Below, piece after piece: positions 40,074 to 50,332 of a DNA stretch of 64,000 nucleotides (position 1 is its first letter; each line of letters opens with the position of its first letter). A model generated the notes under the pieces. The model was not told where the DNA came from and ran no database searches. It was given only the letters and a program-made list of their open reading frames with translations. Source of the DNA: Gammaproteobacteria bacterium (GTDB lineage: Bacteria; Pseudomonadota; Gammaproteobacteria; JBPCXB01); NCBI GenBank assembly GCA_051008935.1, contig JBPCXB010000110.1, positions 6,560-70,559 of the forward strand, written 5' to 3'. Position numbers and translations under genes: made by a program.

Positions 40074-41846
40074 ATGCGTACTGAGTACTGTGGTCAGGTT
40101 GGGCGTATCCCTGTGGGCACAGAGGTGCAGCTGTGCGGTTGGGTACATCGTCGTCGCGACCATGGCGGCATTATTTTTATCGATCTGCGTGACAGAGAGG
40201 GAATTTGTCAGGTTGTAGCAGAACCTGAAAATGCCGAGGCTTTTGCTACGGCTGACCGGTGTCGTAGCGAGTATGTGATCCAGGTCAGGGGTGTTTTACG
40301 GCCTCGTCCAGAAGGCATGACCAATGAGCGTCTTAGTACCGGGCATGTCGAGCTGCTTGCCAGTAGTGTGCAGGTGCTCTCCGAAGCTGAAACGCCTGCG
40401 TTTCCTCTTCAGGATTATTCAGATCCCGGCGAGCAGGCGCGCCTGAGGTATCGCTATCTGGATTTGCGCCGCTCCGACATGAATCAGCGCCTGAAATTGC
40501 GTAGTCAGGCGATGCATGTGTTGCGTAACTGGCTGCATGAGCAGAGCTTTTATGAGGTCGAAACGCCTCAGTTGGTTTTGTCGACGCCAGAGGGTGCACG
40601 CGATTATTTGGTGCCTAGTCGGGTTCAGCCGGGCAAATTCTTTGCATTGGCTCAGTCGCCGCAGCTGTATAAACAATTGTTGATGGTCGGAGGTGTCGAT
40701 CGCTATTATCAGATTGCCCGTTGTTTTCGGGATGAAGATCTGCGCGCTGATCGGCAGCCAGAATTCACGCAACTAGACCTAGAGATGTCGTTTGTAGAGC
40801 CAGAAGATGTGATGCAACTGGCAGAAAAATTGATGGCACATCTGTTAAAAGAACTCATGGGTTTTGAATTACCTCCAGTGCCTCGATTGAGCTATGCGCA
40901 AGCTATGAATGATTACGGTAGCGATAAGCCGGATTTGCGCAATCCGCTGCATCTGGTCGACGTGGGGTCGATTTTTGCAGATCAGAAGTTTGCTGTGCTA
41001 CAAAAGCCGGCTAACGACCCCGAAAGTCGGGTTGCTTGTTTGTGCCTGCCCGGAGGCGCGAGTTTGCCACGTTCTAAGATAGATGCTTATACGCAGCTTG
41101 CTCAGGCTGAAGGGGCAGGTGGGCTGGCTTGGATACGCGTAGAGGGCCCAACGCCTGATCAGTTAAATGCGCCGATCCTCAAATTCCTGAACGATGAATG
41201 CCTGTCGAAGCTACTGAGTGCCACTCAGGCACAAGCAGGGGATATGCTGTTTTTTGGCGCTGGAAAGCGGCCTCTGGTAAACCATTTTATGGATGTACTC
41301 ATTCGCCGGATGGGTGCGGATCAGCAATTGTTGCATTCGGATCCAGCCTTAGCCTGGGTGCATGAATTCCCCATGTTTGAGCGTACCAGTGAGGGGGGCT
41401 GGACATCCTGCCATCATCCTTTTACGCAGCCAGTCCTACACGACCAGCAGGATGGAGACTTGTATGCTGCCACCAGTAACAGTTACGATCTGGTATTCAA
41501 CGGCTATGAGATTGCAGGCGGGTCTATTCGTATCAGTGATGCCAATCAGCAGCTTCAAATTCTGACGCACCTTGGCTTTAGCGCTGCTGAGGCTGAGCGG
41601 CAGTTTGGCTTTTTGCTGCGTGCGCTGAGATCAGGCTGCCCGCCACACGGAGGTATTGCGTTTGGCTTGGATCGCATCATGATGATACTGTCGAAGGCAG
41701 AGAATTTGCGAGAAGTCATCGCTTTCCCCAAGACGCAGACAGCTGCATGTTTACTCACGGGTGCCCCTCTGGAAGTGGAGCCCGATAAACTGGCAGCATT
41801 GGGGTTACGTCCCGGTAACATCCGGGCTCCGTCGCAATCAGGATAA
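40074..41846 (+). CDS. aspS: Aspartate--tRNA ligase
   Basis: Starts MRTEYCGQ like E. coli AspS. Class-II motifs FRDEDLRADRQPEFTQLD and GGSIRI. Confidence 0.95.
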   Translation: MRTEYCGQVGRIPVGTEVQLCGWVHRRRDHGGIIFIDLRDREGICQVVAEPENAEAFATADRCRSEYVIQVRGVLRPRPEGMTNERLSTGHVELLASSVQVLSEAETPAFPLQDYSDPGEQARLRYRYLDLRRSDMNQRLKLRSQAMHVLRNWLHEQSFYEVETPQLVLSTPEGARDYLVPSRVQPGKFFALAQSPQLYKQLLMVGGVDRYYQIARCFRDEDLRADRQPEFTQLDLEMSFVEPEDVMQLAEKLMAHLLKELMGFELPPVPRLSYAQAMNDYGSDKPDLRNPLHLVDVGSIFADQKFAVLQKPANDPESRVACLCLPGGASLPRSKIDAYTQLAQAEGAGGLAWIRVEGPTPDQLNAPILKFLNDECLSKLLSATQAQAGDMLFFGAGKRPLVNHFMDVLIRRMGADQQLLHSDPALAWVHEFPMFERTSEGGWTSCHHPFTQPVLHDQQDGDLYAATSNSYDLVFNGYEIAGGSIRISDANQQLQILTHLGFSAAEAERQFGFLLRALRSGCPPHGGIAFGLDRIMMILSKAENLREVIAFPKTQTAACLLTGAPLEVEPDKLAALGLRPGNIRAPSQSG

Positions 41847-41853
41847 TCGCGCC

Positions 41854-42594
41854 ATGGCTGGTCACTCTAAATGGTCCAATATTAAGCACCGGAAAGCTGC
41901 CCAAGATGCCCAGAGAGGGCGTGCTTTTACGCGTGTAATTGCCGAAATTTCAACAGCGGCTCGCATTGGCGGCGGCAACCCAGCTGATAATCCTCGGCTG
42001 AGATTGGCGCTGGATAAAGCATCTGCCGCCAATATTCCGAAAACAACAGTGCAACGAGCGATAGCTCGAAGTTCCGGCAGTTTAAAAGACAGCAATCTGC
42101 AGGAGTGTGTCTATGAAGGATACGGCCCCGGTGGCGTTGCTATTATGATCGAAGCCTGTACCGACAATCGGAACCGGACTATCGCTGATATTCGTCATGC
42201 TTTCAGCCAGAGTAACAGCAGCTTGGGTACAGGAGGTTCGGTAGCATACTTGTTCAATAAGATAGGGCGAGTGCAATTGGAAACGGCAGATGAAGAAGCG
42301 GTGATGGATGTTGCTGAAAGTGCTGGAGCTGAAGATATTGAAGAGTTGGAATGCGGCTTCATGCTTACCTGTGCGGCCAGCGCTTTAAAAACCCTGATCG
42401 CTGCCTCAGAGACCAGAGAGCTGAACATTGCAGAAGCGGCATTAATTCAGGAGCCCAGCATGCGTATTGAAGTGACAGATGAAGAGAGCGAACAGCTGGC
42501 CTTTCTTTTGGAAAAACTCTCAGAGCTGGATGATGTTCAGGCGATCTACACCAATTCTGGACATGCAGCTCAGAACTTGGCATCAGAAGGCTAA
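41854..42594 (+). CDS. yebC: YebC/PmpR-family transcriptional regulator
   Basis: MAGHSKWSNIKHRKAAQDAQRG. Conserved position upstream of ruvC. Confidence 0.9.
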   Translation: MAGHSKWSNIKHRKAAQDAQRGRAFTRVIAEISTAARIGGGNPADNPRLRLALDKASAANIPKTTVQRAIARSSGSLKDSNLQECVYEGYGPGGVAIMIEACTDNRNRTIADIRHAFSQSNSSLGTGGSVAYLFNKIGRVQLETADEEAVMDVAESAGAEDIEELECGFMLTCAASALKTLIAASETRELNIAEAALIQEPSMRIEVTDEESEQLAFLLEKLSELDDVQAIYTNSGHAAQNLASEG

Positions 42595-43119
42595 ATGGGA
42601 GCACCCAACTATTGTGTATTGGGAATAGACCCAGGTTCCAGACGTACCGGATGGGGGGTCATTACTGCAGTAGGGCAGCAACAGCCTCAGGCTGAGGCGT
42701 TCGGCGTTATAGCGCCCCATCCGGATCAACCGATGGAGCAGCGATTGGCGCAGATAGCCAGTGGTATTTCAGAGGTTATCCAAAACCATAGGGTTGCAGC
42801 AGCGGCCATTGAGGGAGTATTTGTTGCGCGCAATGTGTCAGCTGCACTCAAACTAGGTCAGGCCAGAGGGGCCATTTTGGCTGCTCTGGGTCAGGCAGAA
42901 CTGCCATGCTTTGAATATGCGCCTACCCGTATCAAGCAAGCAATAGTAGGTAGAGGTCGCGCCGAGAAATCTCAGGTAGGGGCTTTGGTTATGCGTTTGC
43001 TGAGCCTGCATCAACCTGCTCCGGAAGATGCTGCAGACGCATTGGCTGTTGCGTTGAGCCATTGGTTGATCTACAGCACCCAGCAACGTATTGAAGCTGC
43101 TAGCTACAAGACCTGCTGA
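42595..43119 (+). CDS. ruvC: Holliday junction resolvase RuvC
   Basis: VLGIDPGSRRTGWGVI... Confidence 0.9.
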   Translation: MGAPNYCVLGIDPGSRRTGWGVITAVGQQQPQAEAFGVIAPHPDQPMEQRLAQIASGISEVIQNHRVAAAAIEGVFVARNVSAALKLGQARGAILAALGQAELPCFEYAPTRIKQAIVGRGRAEKSQVGALVMRLLSLHQPAPEDAADALAVALSHWLIYSTQQRIEAASYKTC

Positions 43120-43122
43120 TAC

Positions 43123-43728
43123 ATGATTACTCGCATTAGAGGTATCTTGCTATATAGAGGGGCGCATGTGATAGAGCTGGAAACAGCATCGGGTTTGACC
43201 TACGAAGTGAGAGCCACCGCAGATACGCTACCCGCAACCATTGAAAGAGGAGCGGAAGTGGTACTCTATACGCATATGGTGGTGCGCGAGAGTAGTATGG
43301 AGTTGTTCGGGTTTCGTACGCAACAACACAGATCTTTGTTCCAGAAGCTCATTGGCATTAGTGGAGTTGGGCCTCGGTCTGCGCAGGCTTTATTGTCGGT
43401 CCTGGCTCCTGAAGATTTTCTCATCGCTCTGGCAGCTGGAGACACACACAGCTTGGCTCAGGCTCCGGGAATTGGCCCGAAAACAGCAAAGAGAATTATC
43501 GCTGAATTACAAGGCTGGGCTGCTCCAAGTGCACTCGATGGCGGTACTACCGACCGCATGGATGCAATCGTTGCTCTACAGAATCTTTCTTTTTCGGCCA
43601 CAGATGCTGTAGCTCTGGTTCAACGGGCAGTGCAGATTGCAGCAACCGAATCTGAAGATGCTAGCACCGAACGATTGATCGGCCTTGCTTTGCAACTGGC
43701 GGATCGCAAAAATGATTCAAAGGGATAA
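43123..43728 (+). CDS. ruvA: Holliday junction branch migration protein RuvA
   Basis: MITRIRGIL..., HhH motifs GIGPKTAKRII. Confidence 0.9.
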   Translation: MITRIRGILLYRGAHVIELETASGLTYEVRATADTLPATIERGAEVVLYTHMVVRESSMELFGFRTQQHRSLFQKLIGISGVGPRSAQALLSVLAPEDFLIALAAGDTHSLAQAPGIGPKTAKRIIAELQGWAAPSALDGGTTDRMDAIVALQNLSFSATDAVALVQRAVQIAATESEDASTERLIGLALQLADRKNDSKG

Positions 43729-43753
43729 ATACTGAAGTTCTCCGTGATACAGC

Positions 43754-44791
43754 ATGACACAGCCAGATTCTAGCAATAGTCGCAACCCTCTTTTGGATGC
43801 GCAAAGGGCTTCTATTCCTGAGAGGCGGGAAGATCATGCTCTTAGACCTGTCAGCCTGAATGAATATGTGGGTCAGGCTGAGGTTTGTGCGCAGATGGAT
43901 GTGTTCATACGTGCCGCAATGGAACGTGGAGACAGCTTGGACCACACGCTGTTCTATGGGCCGCCAGGCTTGGGGAAAACGACCTTGGCGCGTATTGTCG
44001 CTAACGAGCTGGGGGCTGATATTCGAGCTACCTCAGGGCCAGTGATAGAAAAAACAGGAGATTTGGCAGCCATTCTCACTAATCTGGAACCCAATCAAGT
44101 GCTCTTTATTGATGAAATTCATCGCTTGCCTCTGGCTGTAGAAGAACTACTGTATCCGGCCTTGGAAGACTTTCGGCTCGATCTGGTCGTAGGTGAGGGG
44201 CCGGCAGCGCGTTCATTGCGCTTGGAACTGGCGCCTTTTACTCTGGTGGGTGCGACTACACGTGTGGGCCTGCTCAGTGCCCCTCTGCGTTCTAGATTTG
44301 GCATTGTGCAGCGGTTGAATTTTTATGGGGTTAAAGACTTACAGCACATTTTGTTGCGTTCAGCTGCTTTGCTCAATATCAGTCTGACGCAATCGGGCGC
44401 CGAAGCCATTGCAGCGCGTTCGCGCGGGACGCCGCGGATTGCCAACCGGTTGCTGCGGCGTGTGCGCGACTTTGCGCAGGTTGAACGAGCCAGCAATGTC
44501 GATTTGGCCGTTGCGAGTGACAGCCTAGACCGGCTACAAGTAGACAGCCTGGGTTTGGATCGTCTGGATAGGGTATATCTAGAGACATTGTGGAGCCATT
44601 TTGGTGGTGGGCCTGTCGGTCTGGATACTTTGGCCGCCGCGTTGAGCGAAGAGGCAGATACGCTTGAAGAAACTATTGAGCCATTTCTGCTGACTGCGGG
44701 GTTAATTCAGCGCACCCCTAGAGGGCGATCTATCACAGCAAATGGATACAATCATCTGGGTTTGAAGCCTGCAGACCATTCCCTGTTCTAA
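43754..44791 (+). CDS. ruvB: Holliday junction DNA helicase RuvB
   Basis: [17 protein letters not shown]+ sensor motifs. Confidence 0.95.
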   Translation: MTQPDSSNSRNPLLDAQRASIPERREDHALRPVSLNEYVGQAEVCAQMDVFIRAAMERGDSLDHTLFYGPPGLGKTTLARIVANELGADIRATSGPVIEKTGDLAAILTNLEPNQVLFIDEIHRLPLAVEELLYPALEDFRLDLVVGEGPAARSLRLELAPFTLVGATTRVGLLSAPLRSRFGIVQRLNFYGVKDLQHILLRSAALLNISLTQSGAEAIAARSRGTPRIANRLLRRVRDFAQVERASNVDLAVASDSLDRLQVDSLGLDRLDRVYLETLWSHFGGGPVGLDTLAAALSEEADTLEETIEPFLLTAGLIQRTPRGRSITANGYNHLGLKPADHSLF

Positions 44792-44800
44792 GAGGAGCTA

Positions 44801-45472
44801 ATGCTTGAGTTTTTTTCGCCCTGGTCCGTATTGACCGATGCTGATCCAGTAGTACAGCTGGTGCTGTTGCTGCTGGTCATGGCTTCCATCCTAACGTGGG
44901 GCATTGTACTGGAACGTTGGTTGTACTTGGCGCGGTTGTCACGGGCGAACTTCAGCTTTGTCGAGGCCTTCTGGTCGGGGCAGGATCTGGTAGGACTGTA
45001 TCAGGATACCAATGCTCAAGGGGCTAGTGGCGTCATTGCTATCTTTACCCGCACCATTCGGGAGTATTTGCGCTTGATCGATCAACAGGCGGATCGATGG
45101 CGCAGTTTAGAGAGTATCCAGCGTGTTCTTCGTATTATGCTATCCAGAGAAGAGCGTGAATTATCGCGCCGATTGCCAATATTGGCGCTGATTGCCTCCA
45201 CAGCTCCCTACGTTGGTCTGTTCGGTACTGTCTGGGGGGTAATTGACAGTTTCCGGGGAATTGGCAATGCCGGTCAGGCCACCTTGGTCTCTATGGCGCC
45301 TGGTATAGCAGAAGCCTTAGTTGCAACGGCTCTCGGGCTTTTCGCCGCTATTCCAGCTGCTGTTGCGCATAACTTGATCGGGGCTGCCGCAGGTCGGCAA
45401 GGTGGCGAGATGGAAGATTTTGCCGAGGATTTGTTGGCAGTTTTAGAACAGCAATTTCCTGAAGATGACTAA
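44801..45472 (+). CDS. tolQ: Tol-Pal system protein TolQ
   Basis: MotA/TolQ/ExbB motifs. Followed by tolR-tolA-tolB-pal-cpoB. Confidence 0.9.
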   Translation: MLEFFSPWSVLTDADPVVQLVLLLLVMASILTWGIVLERWLYLARLSRANFSFVEAFWSGQDLVGLYQDTNAQGASGVIAIFTRTIREYLRLIDQQADRWRSLESIQRVLRIMLSREERELSRRLPILALIASTAPYVGLFGTVWGVIDSFRGIGNAGQATLVSMAPGIAEALVATALGLFAAIPAAVAHNLIGAAAGRQGGEMEDFAEDLLAVLEQQFPEDD

Positions 45473-45962
45473 AGCAGTACTTCGCATTCCCGGGGGGATT
45501 GATCGGGATCGGCGCCGTAGCCAGAACCTGCTCAGGCTGCGCAGCGGTACCGCAGAGATCAATGTCGTGCCATTTATTGATGTGGTGCTGGTGTTGTTAA
45601 TTGTTTTTATGATCGGAGCCCCTTTGGCGGCGCAAGGGGTTGCCGTGCAATTGCCTGCTACTCGTACCTCTAATCTGGGTGCGGGCGCACAGTCTCCAGT
45701 GGTAGTCACTGTCACTCGGGCGGGTGAATATAGCATTATGATTGGGGGTGAGCAGCTGTCGACTCGCAGTTTAGAGCAGATTGGTCGGCATCTAGAAGTT
45801 TTGAACCGGAGAGGGCTCGTGCAAGCTGTAGTGGTGAAAGCCGATGCCCAGGTTAGCTATCAGAAAGTGGCAGCTCTTCTGACGGAAGTGCGTTTTGCGG
45901 GCATCAGGTCGGTTGGGCTGGCTACTCAAATTACCCCAGAACCGCAAAATATCGAGCCCTGA
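45465..45962 (+). CDS. tolR: Tol-Pal system protein TolR
   Basis: INVVPFIDVVLVLLIVFMI TM plus periplasmic domain. Overlaps the end of tolQ. Confidence 0.9.
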   Translation: MTKAVLRIPGGIDRDRRRSQNLLRLRSGTAEINVVPFIDVVLVLLIVFMIGAPLAAQGVAVQLPATRTSNLGAGAQSPVVVTVTRAGEYSIMIGGEQLSTRSLEQIGRHLEVLNRRGLVQAVVVKADAQVSYQKVAALLTEVRFAGIRSVGLATQITPEPQNIEP

Positions 45963-45968
45963 GTTCAG

Positions 45969-46859
45969 ATGAAATGGGTAGGCACCGGCTGGTTTAAAGG
46001 CAAGCAGCCGTTGATAGCACAGTTGCAGTTTGGCTGGGATCGTTTTAAGGAGCTGCTGCAACCTTTGATTACTAACTTAGCGCGAACGGCCAAGTTGGGG
46101 TGGCATCGCTTTAAGGGGTTGCTGCAACCCTTGATCGCCAACTTAACGCGAACGGCCAAGTTGGGGTGGCATCGCTTTAAGGAGCTGCTGCAACGAATCC
46201 CTCCAATTTGGTGGCCTGTAGTGATTGCTTCTGCCATTTTGCATATGGCAGCTGTTAGTTTGTTGGCCGGCGCGTCCGTGCGGACCAATCAGGTTTGGGA
46301 GCCCTTTTCTCCCTACCTAGAGACTATAGATGTACGCATTCTGGCACCAATCCCAGTGGCTGATACAGCGGTTGAGCAGTCAACCACGCCTGTTGCTGAC
46401 GCGGCTGCCTCTGAACCGCCCGCATCGTCTCTGGAGGCTTCGCAATCACAATTACCAGTGCGCACTGAATCAGCAGAATCTTTGATTGAACCTGACATCG
46501 TCGCCGTTGCGCCAGATACTCCCGCTGTGCCGAGCAATCAGCCGGATGGAGAATCTGAGTTACGTCTGCAGGTGGCCGCCGATATCTCCAGAGTCATTAA
46601 AAGCCACTGGAAAGTGCCTTTTAGCGCCGTACGCGGGCTGCGCGCACAAGTAGAAGTACAGCTGAATCGGGAGGGTAAACTGGTGCAGATTGTCTTTGTG
46701 CGCCCTAGCGGCTCTGAGAGCTTTGACGCTTCTATTCTGCGCTCTTTGCGCTTGATCAATAGCTTTCCGGCAGTGGCATTACTTTCAGATGTAAGCTATC
46801 ACAATGACTTTCAGACTATTGTGTTGGTGTTTGATTCAGATGAACGTTTGCGTCTCTGA
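45969..46859 (+). CDS. tolA: Cell-envelope integrity protein TolA, with an atypical 78-aa repeat-containing N-terminal segment before the TM anchor
   Basis: TM helix IWWPVVIASAILHMAAVSLLAGA resembling the E. coli TolA anchor. C-terminal TolA domain (VQLNREGKLVQIVFVRPSGSESFDASIL). Position after tolR. Confidence 0.75.
   Translation: MKWVGTGWFKGKQPLIAQLQFGWDRFKELLQPLITNLARTAKLGWHRFKGLLQPLIANLTRTAKLGWHRFKELLQRIPPIWWPVVIASAILHMAAVSLLAGASVRTNQVWEPFSPYLETIDVRILAPIPVADTAVEQSTTPVADAAASEPPASSLEASQSQLPVRTESAESLIEPDIVAVAPDTPAVPSNQPDGESELRLQVAADISRVIKSHWKVPFSAVRGLRAQVEVQLNREGKLVQIVFVRPSGSESFDASILRSLRLINSFPAVALLSDVSYHNDFQTIVLVFDSDERLRL
46031..46195 (+). repeat. 66-bp (22-aa) in-frame tandem repeat x2.5 at the tolA 5' end (LGWHRFKELLQPLIANLTRTAK units)
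   Basis: Direct repeat visible in the DNA (ggtggcatcgctttaagg...gcgaacggccaagttgg). Confidence 0.85.
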
Positions 46860-46875
46860 GCATCTCCGATTATTA

Positions 46876-48183
46876 ATGCGCCAGAGTTCGCGAAGCTTTG
46901 GCGTGTTGTTGCTGCTGATGCTGGCTACTGTCCCAATGTCTTCTAGAGCCCAGACGGTGCTCGAAATCACCGGGGGTTCAAAGCAACTCTGGCGCATAGC
47001 CGCGGTACCCTTTGCATGGCAGATCGCTAATGCTGAAGCGTTTGATCCAGCTCAGACTGTAGAGCAGGATTTAATACGATACAGCGGCTTCCAGCCAGTT
47101 CCGAGGCCAGAAATGCCAAGCTTTCCCGACTCGGTTGTGGATATTGTGCGTTGGGATTGGTTGGTGCTAGATGCTGATTTTGTCTTGACGGGGCAGATTT
47201 CGCATACGGATCAGGCGTTACCGCAACTGAGTTGGGAACTCTACGATGTCTCGCAGGATAAGCGGGTGTTGGATGGAACTTTTGTTGACGATGGCCAAGG
47301 CATTCGCCATATGGCTCACCGAATCAGCGATCGCATACACAGGTATGTATTGGGCGTGCCCAGCGCCAGTATTGCGCGCTTCGTCTATATCAGCGTAACT
47401 ACCAATCTTTGGGGGCAGAAACTGTATCGATTGATGCAGGCCGATGCTGATGGCGGCAATCAGAAAATCTTATTTTCTTCCAACGAGCCAATCCTGGCGC
47501 CCAATTGGTCGCCTGATGGTAGACGGGTCGTCTTTTCTACTATTCGTTCCGGTAACCTCAGGATCCAGATTCTGGATCTGGCTACAGGGCGTATGCGTTA
47601 TTTAGGCCCTTGGGGAGGTAATTCCAGTGATCCGGTATTTTCGCCTAGTGGGGACTATCTGGCTCTGACCTTGTCTAAAGACACCAACCCCGATATTTAT
47701 ATCTATCATATCGAAACAGGCTCATTGCAACGTTTGACGCGGCACTTTGCTATAGACGCCGAACCAGTATGGGCGCTAAGTGGCACACAGATTTTGTTTA
47801 CTTCTGATCGTAGCGGCAACCCGCAACTGTATCGTTTCAACCTGCTTTCTGGCGTGCTGGATCGAGTGACGTTTTTTGAAGGTCAGGATGGAGGTGCGCA
47901 AGTGATGTCCAATGGCAGAGAAGCTATTTTCCTGCGCAGCAAAGGGGCTCTTTCTTGGATTGCGCATCTGGATCTGGAGACATTGCACATTCGCGATGTA
48001 TCGGAACAGGGTAGCCATGATTCACCTGCCATTTCTCCAGATGGCAATGTGGTGCTCTATTCAGACTCTGGCGGCCAGAGCAGCAGTCTAGTAGGACTTT
48101 TGCTCAAAGGTGGGCACAAATTTCGGCTAGAAAATATTGGCTCGCAGGTTAAATCGCCCGCATGGTCACCTCTTTACCGTTAA
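46876..48183 (+). CDS. tolB: Tol-Pal system beta-propeller protein TolB
   Basis: Signal peptide MRQSSRSFGVLLLLMLATVPMSSRAQT. TolB N-domain plus propeller blades (PNWSPDGRRVVFS, PVFSPSGDYLALT, ISPDGNVVLYS). Confidence 0.9.
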   Translation: MRQSSRSFGVLLLLMLATVPMSSRAQTVLEITGGSKQLWRIAAVPFAWQIANAEAFDPAQTVEQDLIRYSGFQPVPRPEMPSFPDSVVDIVRWDWLVLDADFVLTGQISHTDQALPQLSWELYDVSQDKRVLDGTFVDDGQGIRHMAHRISDRIHRYVLGVPSASIARFVYISVTTNLWGQKLYRLMQADADGGNQKILFSSNEPILAPNWSPDGRRVVFSTIRSGNLRIQILDLATGRMRYLGPWGGNSSDPVFSPSGDYLALTLSKDTNPDIYIYHIETGSLQRLTRHFAIDAEPVWALSGTQILFTSDRSGNPQLYRFNLLSGVLDRVTFFEGQDGGAQVMSNGREAIFLRSKGALSWIAHLDLETLHIRDVSEQGSHDSPAISPDGNVVLYSDSGGQSSSLVGLLLKGGHKFRLENIGSQVKSPAWSPLYR

Positions 48184-48460
48184 CAGATTCTTGGCTAGAT
48201 CTGTTTAAGACCCCAGCCTACTGGAGGCGATAGAATATAATGCTATCACAGGTTATAATTCATTTTGCTGTGATTCAGTACCGTGCTGTATATCCAAATT
48301 CTGGGTTTGCGGTCGGTCTGATTTTCTGCAAGGCAGTCAGGAGCGTAATTGCTTCTATACTGAAATACTATGGAATAGCTCATTTCACATAGACCATGTC
48401 AGACTGAAGCCTATCTAATACCGCACTCCAAGAGTTATTAACGCCAAAGAGTTTCACTAA

Positions 48461-49171
48461 ATGTTTGCTACCAATTCTGCTTTTTTCAGATCCAGGCTTA
48501 GGGTTGTTGCTTTGATCCCCCTTGCAGTCATGTTGTCTGCTTGTTGTTTTTCCACGCGAGCTTCTGAGCGTTTTGCTGGTTCTGCAGATGTAATTCCTCT
48601 TCCCGATGGCTTGATTATTGTAGATAGGGGCAATGATAAGTTCGAAGTGTTGTCGGAAGACTCGCCTGAAGGCCAACGGGCTCTCCGGAATCAAGCTGCT
48701 GCGCGCGAGGCGTTGGTAGCAGGTGCGGCTGAAGAGTTGGATCAGGTCGACGATGAAGTGGTCGTTGAACCAGTCGAACAACCTGTTGTAGCTGCTGAAA
48801 TTCCGGATAGGTGGCGGGCTGATTTTGAGCGGTTGGGGTCCTCGTTGTACTTTGACTTTGATGTTTCCACTCTTACTCCCGGCTCCGTTCGCATTCTAAG
48901 AGGCTGGACAGATGCTCTTAAGGAATATCCGCAAGTAGCTGTGACTGTAAACGGTCACACAGATGCTCGGGGACCGCGAGACTACAACTTGTGGCTAGGT
49001 GAGAGGCGTGCCCAGAGTATTGCTGATTTCCTAGAGATTCGAGGCATAGATCAGAAGCGTATCCGTGTTGTGTCCTACGGTGAAGAAGCATTGGCAGTAC
49101 GCGGTAATAGCGACAGGGCTCACGCTTTGAACCGAAGGGTTGAAATGGAGGTGCGTCAGGGCTCCCCCTGA
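48461..49171 (+). CDS. pal: Peptidoglycan-associated lipoprotein (OmpA-family C-domain), longer than canonical Pal
   Basis: Lipobox MLSACC. OmpA_C motif LYFDFDVSTLTP...NGHTDARGPRDYNLWLGERRAQSIADFL. Confidence 0.8.
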   Translation: MFATNSAFFRSRLRVVALIPLAVMLSACCFSTRASERFAGSADVIPLPDGLIIVDRGNDKFEVLSEDSPEGQRALRNQAAAREALVAGAAEELDQVDDEVVVEPVEQPVVAAEIPDRWRADFERLGSSLYFDFDVSTLTPGSVRILRGWTDALKEYPQVAVTVNGHTDARGPRDYNLWLGERRAQSIADFLEIRGIDQKRIRVVSYGEEALAVRGNSDRAHALNRRVEMEVRQGSP

Positions 49172-49238
49172 AGCTGCTGATCGTTCGTACTGAAGTTGTT
49201 GGTCAGAGTTGGGATACAGATTCCCTGACTTGGGTTGT

Positions 49239-50009
49239 ATGAAGCTTCTGCGGGTTTCGTGCTCCAGATGGATGGACATAGACTGGGCAGGTATTGGGCT
49301 CGGCAAGTTATGTCTCTATGCGGCTCTTTTTGTCATGAGTGCTTCTCCGGCGCATGCACAGGTGTTCGATTCGGATCCGGATGGCTCGGAGTCTGAGCAG
49401 ATTATTCGTGCTGTCAGCGAGCAATTACGGCGCATGCGCCAAGAAATAGCAGGTATTCGTTCTGTTGTTCAAGATCAGGAAGATCAGATCAGCCGTCTTG
49501 AGCAGCGCATGAATCAAATTCACATTGAGTTAAGCAGGGAGTTACTGACTTTCAGAGAACAGTTGGCTGGTGATAACGTGGCGCAATCTATAGAATCGCC
49601 AGATACAAGCCTAGGTATCCCTGCATCAGCGGATTTTCGCACGCGTTTGCAGTCGGCTTTGGGTTTTGTGGAATCGGGGCAGACGCGCATTGCGCAGAAT
49701 ATGCTCAGCGAATTGTTATTGCTGGAACCGGAAAATCCCGATGCACCTCTGGCTTGGTATTGGTTGGGCGAAATGCATCTACAGGCGCGTCAATTTCAGG
49801 ATGCAGAGCAGGCCTTCAGTTATCTAATAGCGGTTTATGAAAACCATTGGCGCGTGCCAGCTTCTGCCTTTAAATTGGGAGAAGTGTTTAGGCTGCAAGA
49901 GCAGCAGCAACGTGCCAGAGTACAGTACAGTCGGGTGGTCGAACGCTATCCAGACAGTCCGGCCGCCCGGTTGTCTGCTTTAGCGCTAGATGCTCTTACC
50001 AGCCCTTGA
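49239..50009 (+). CDS. cpoB: Tol-Pal associated periplasmic protein CpoB/YbgF (coiled coil + TPR)
   Basis: Signal peptide. Coiled coil (EDQISRLEQRMNQIHIEL). C-terminal TPR-like region. Position after pal. Confidence 0.75.
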   Translation: MKLLRVSCSRWMDIDWAGIGLGKLCLYAALFVMSASPAHAQVFDSDPDGSESEQIIRAVSEQLRRMRQEIAGIRSVVQDQEDQISRLEQRMNQIHIELSRELLTFREQLAGDNVAQSIESPDTSLGIPASADFRTRLQSALGFVESGQTRIAQNMLSELLLLEPENPDAPLAWYWLGEMHLQARQFQDAEQAFSYLIAVYENHWRVPASAFKLGEVFRLQEQQQRARVQYSRVVERYPDSPAARLSALALDALTSP

Positions 50010-50088
50010 TGGGTGTGGTGCTGTCAGAGGATATAAAATGGTAGCGTCTATGCCTGTCGCTTGTGTCAGTTTAGGCTCAAGCCCTCAA

Positions 50089-50164
50089 GGGTCGTTAGCT
50101 CAGCTGGTAGAGCAGTCGGCTTTTAACCGATCGGTCGCTGGTTCGAATCCAGCACGACCCACCA
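50089..50164 (+). tRNA. lysT: tRNA-Lys (anticodon UUU), with encoded CCA
   Basis: GGGTCGTTAGCTCAGCTGGTAGAGCAGTCGGCTTTTAACCGATCGGTCGCTGGTTCGAATCCAGCACGACCCACCA. Near-identical to E. coli tRNA-Lys. Same position after ybgF/cpoB as in E. coli. Confidence 0.92.
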
Positions 50165-50332
50165 TCAAGAAGTTGCTATATTTAAATACCGTTCTGTCTC
50201 TGGGCATTGGGCCTGCAGACTGCTTCATTTCTTGGAGATGTTTGCAGAGTCCGTGTGGTATATGGGGTCAGGCTCATCTATAATATATGCGGCTATCACG
50301 CACAAAAAAACAAGGGCAAGCTAGGGTTAGTT

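Noticed and set aside
48380-48781. 133-aa minus-strand ORF overlapping the pal start
   Set aside because: Overlaps the well-supported pal N-terminus in antisense. No motif.
50165-50332. Integrase or att site marking a mobile island at tRNA-Lys
   Set aside because: No integrase or transposase ORF lies within the window, and the distal boundary is outside it. The island status therefore rests only on gene content and tRNA adjacency, and no mobile_element feature is called.
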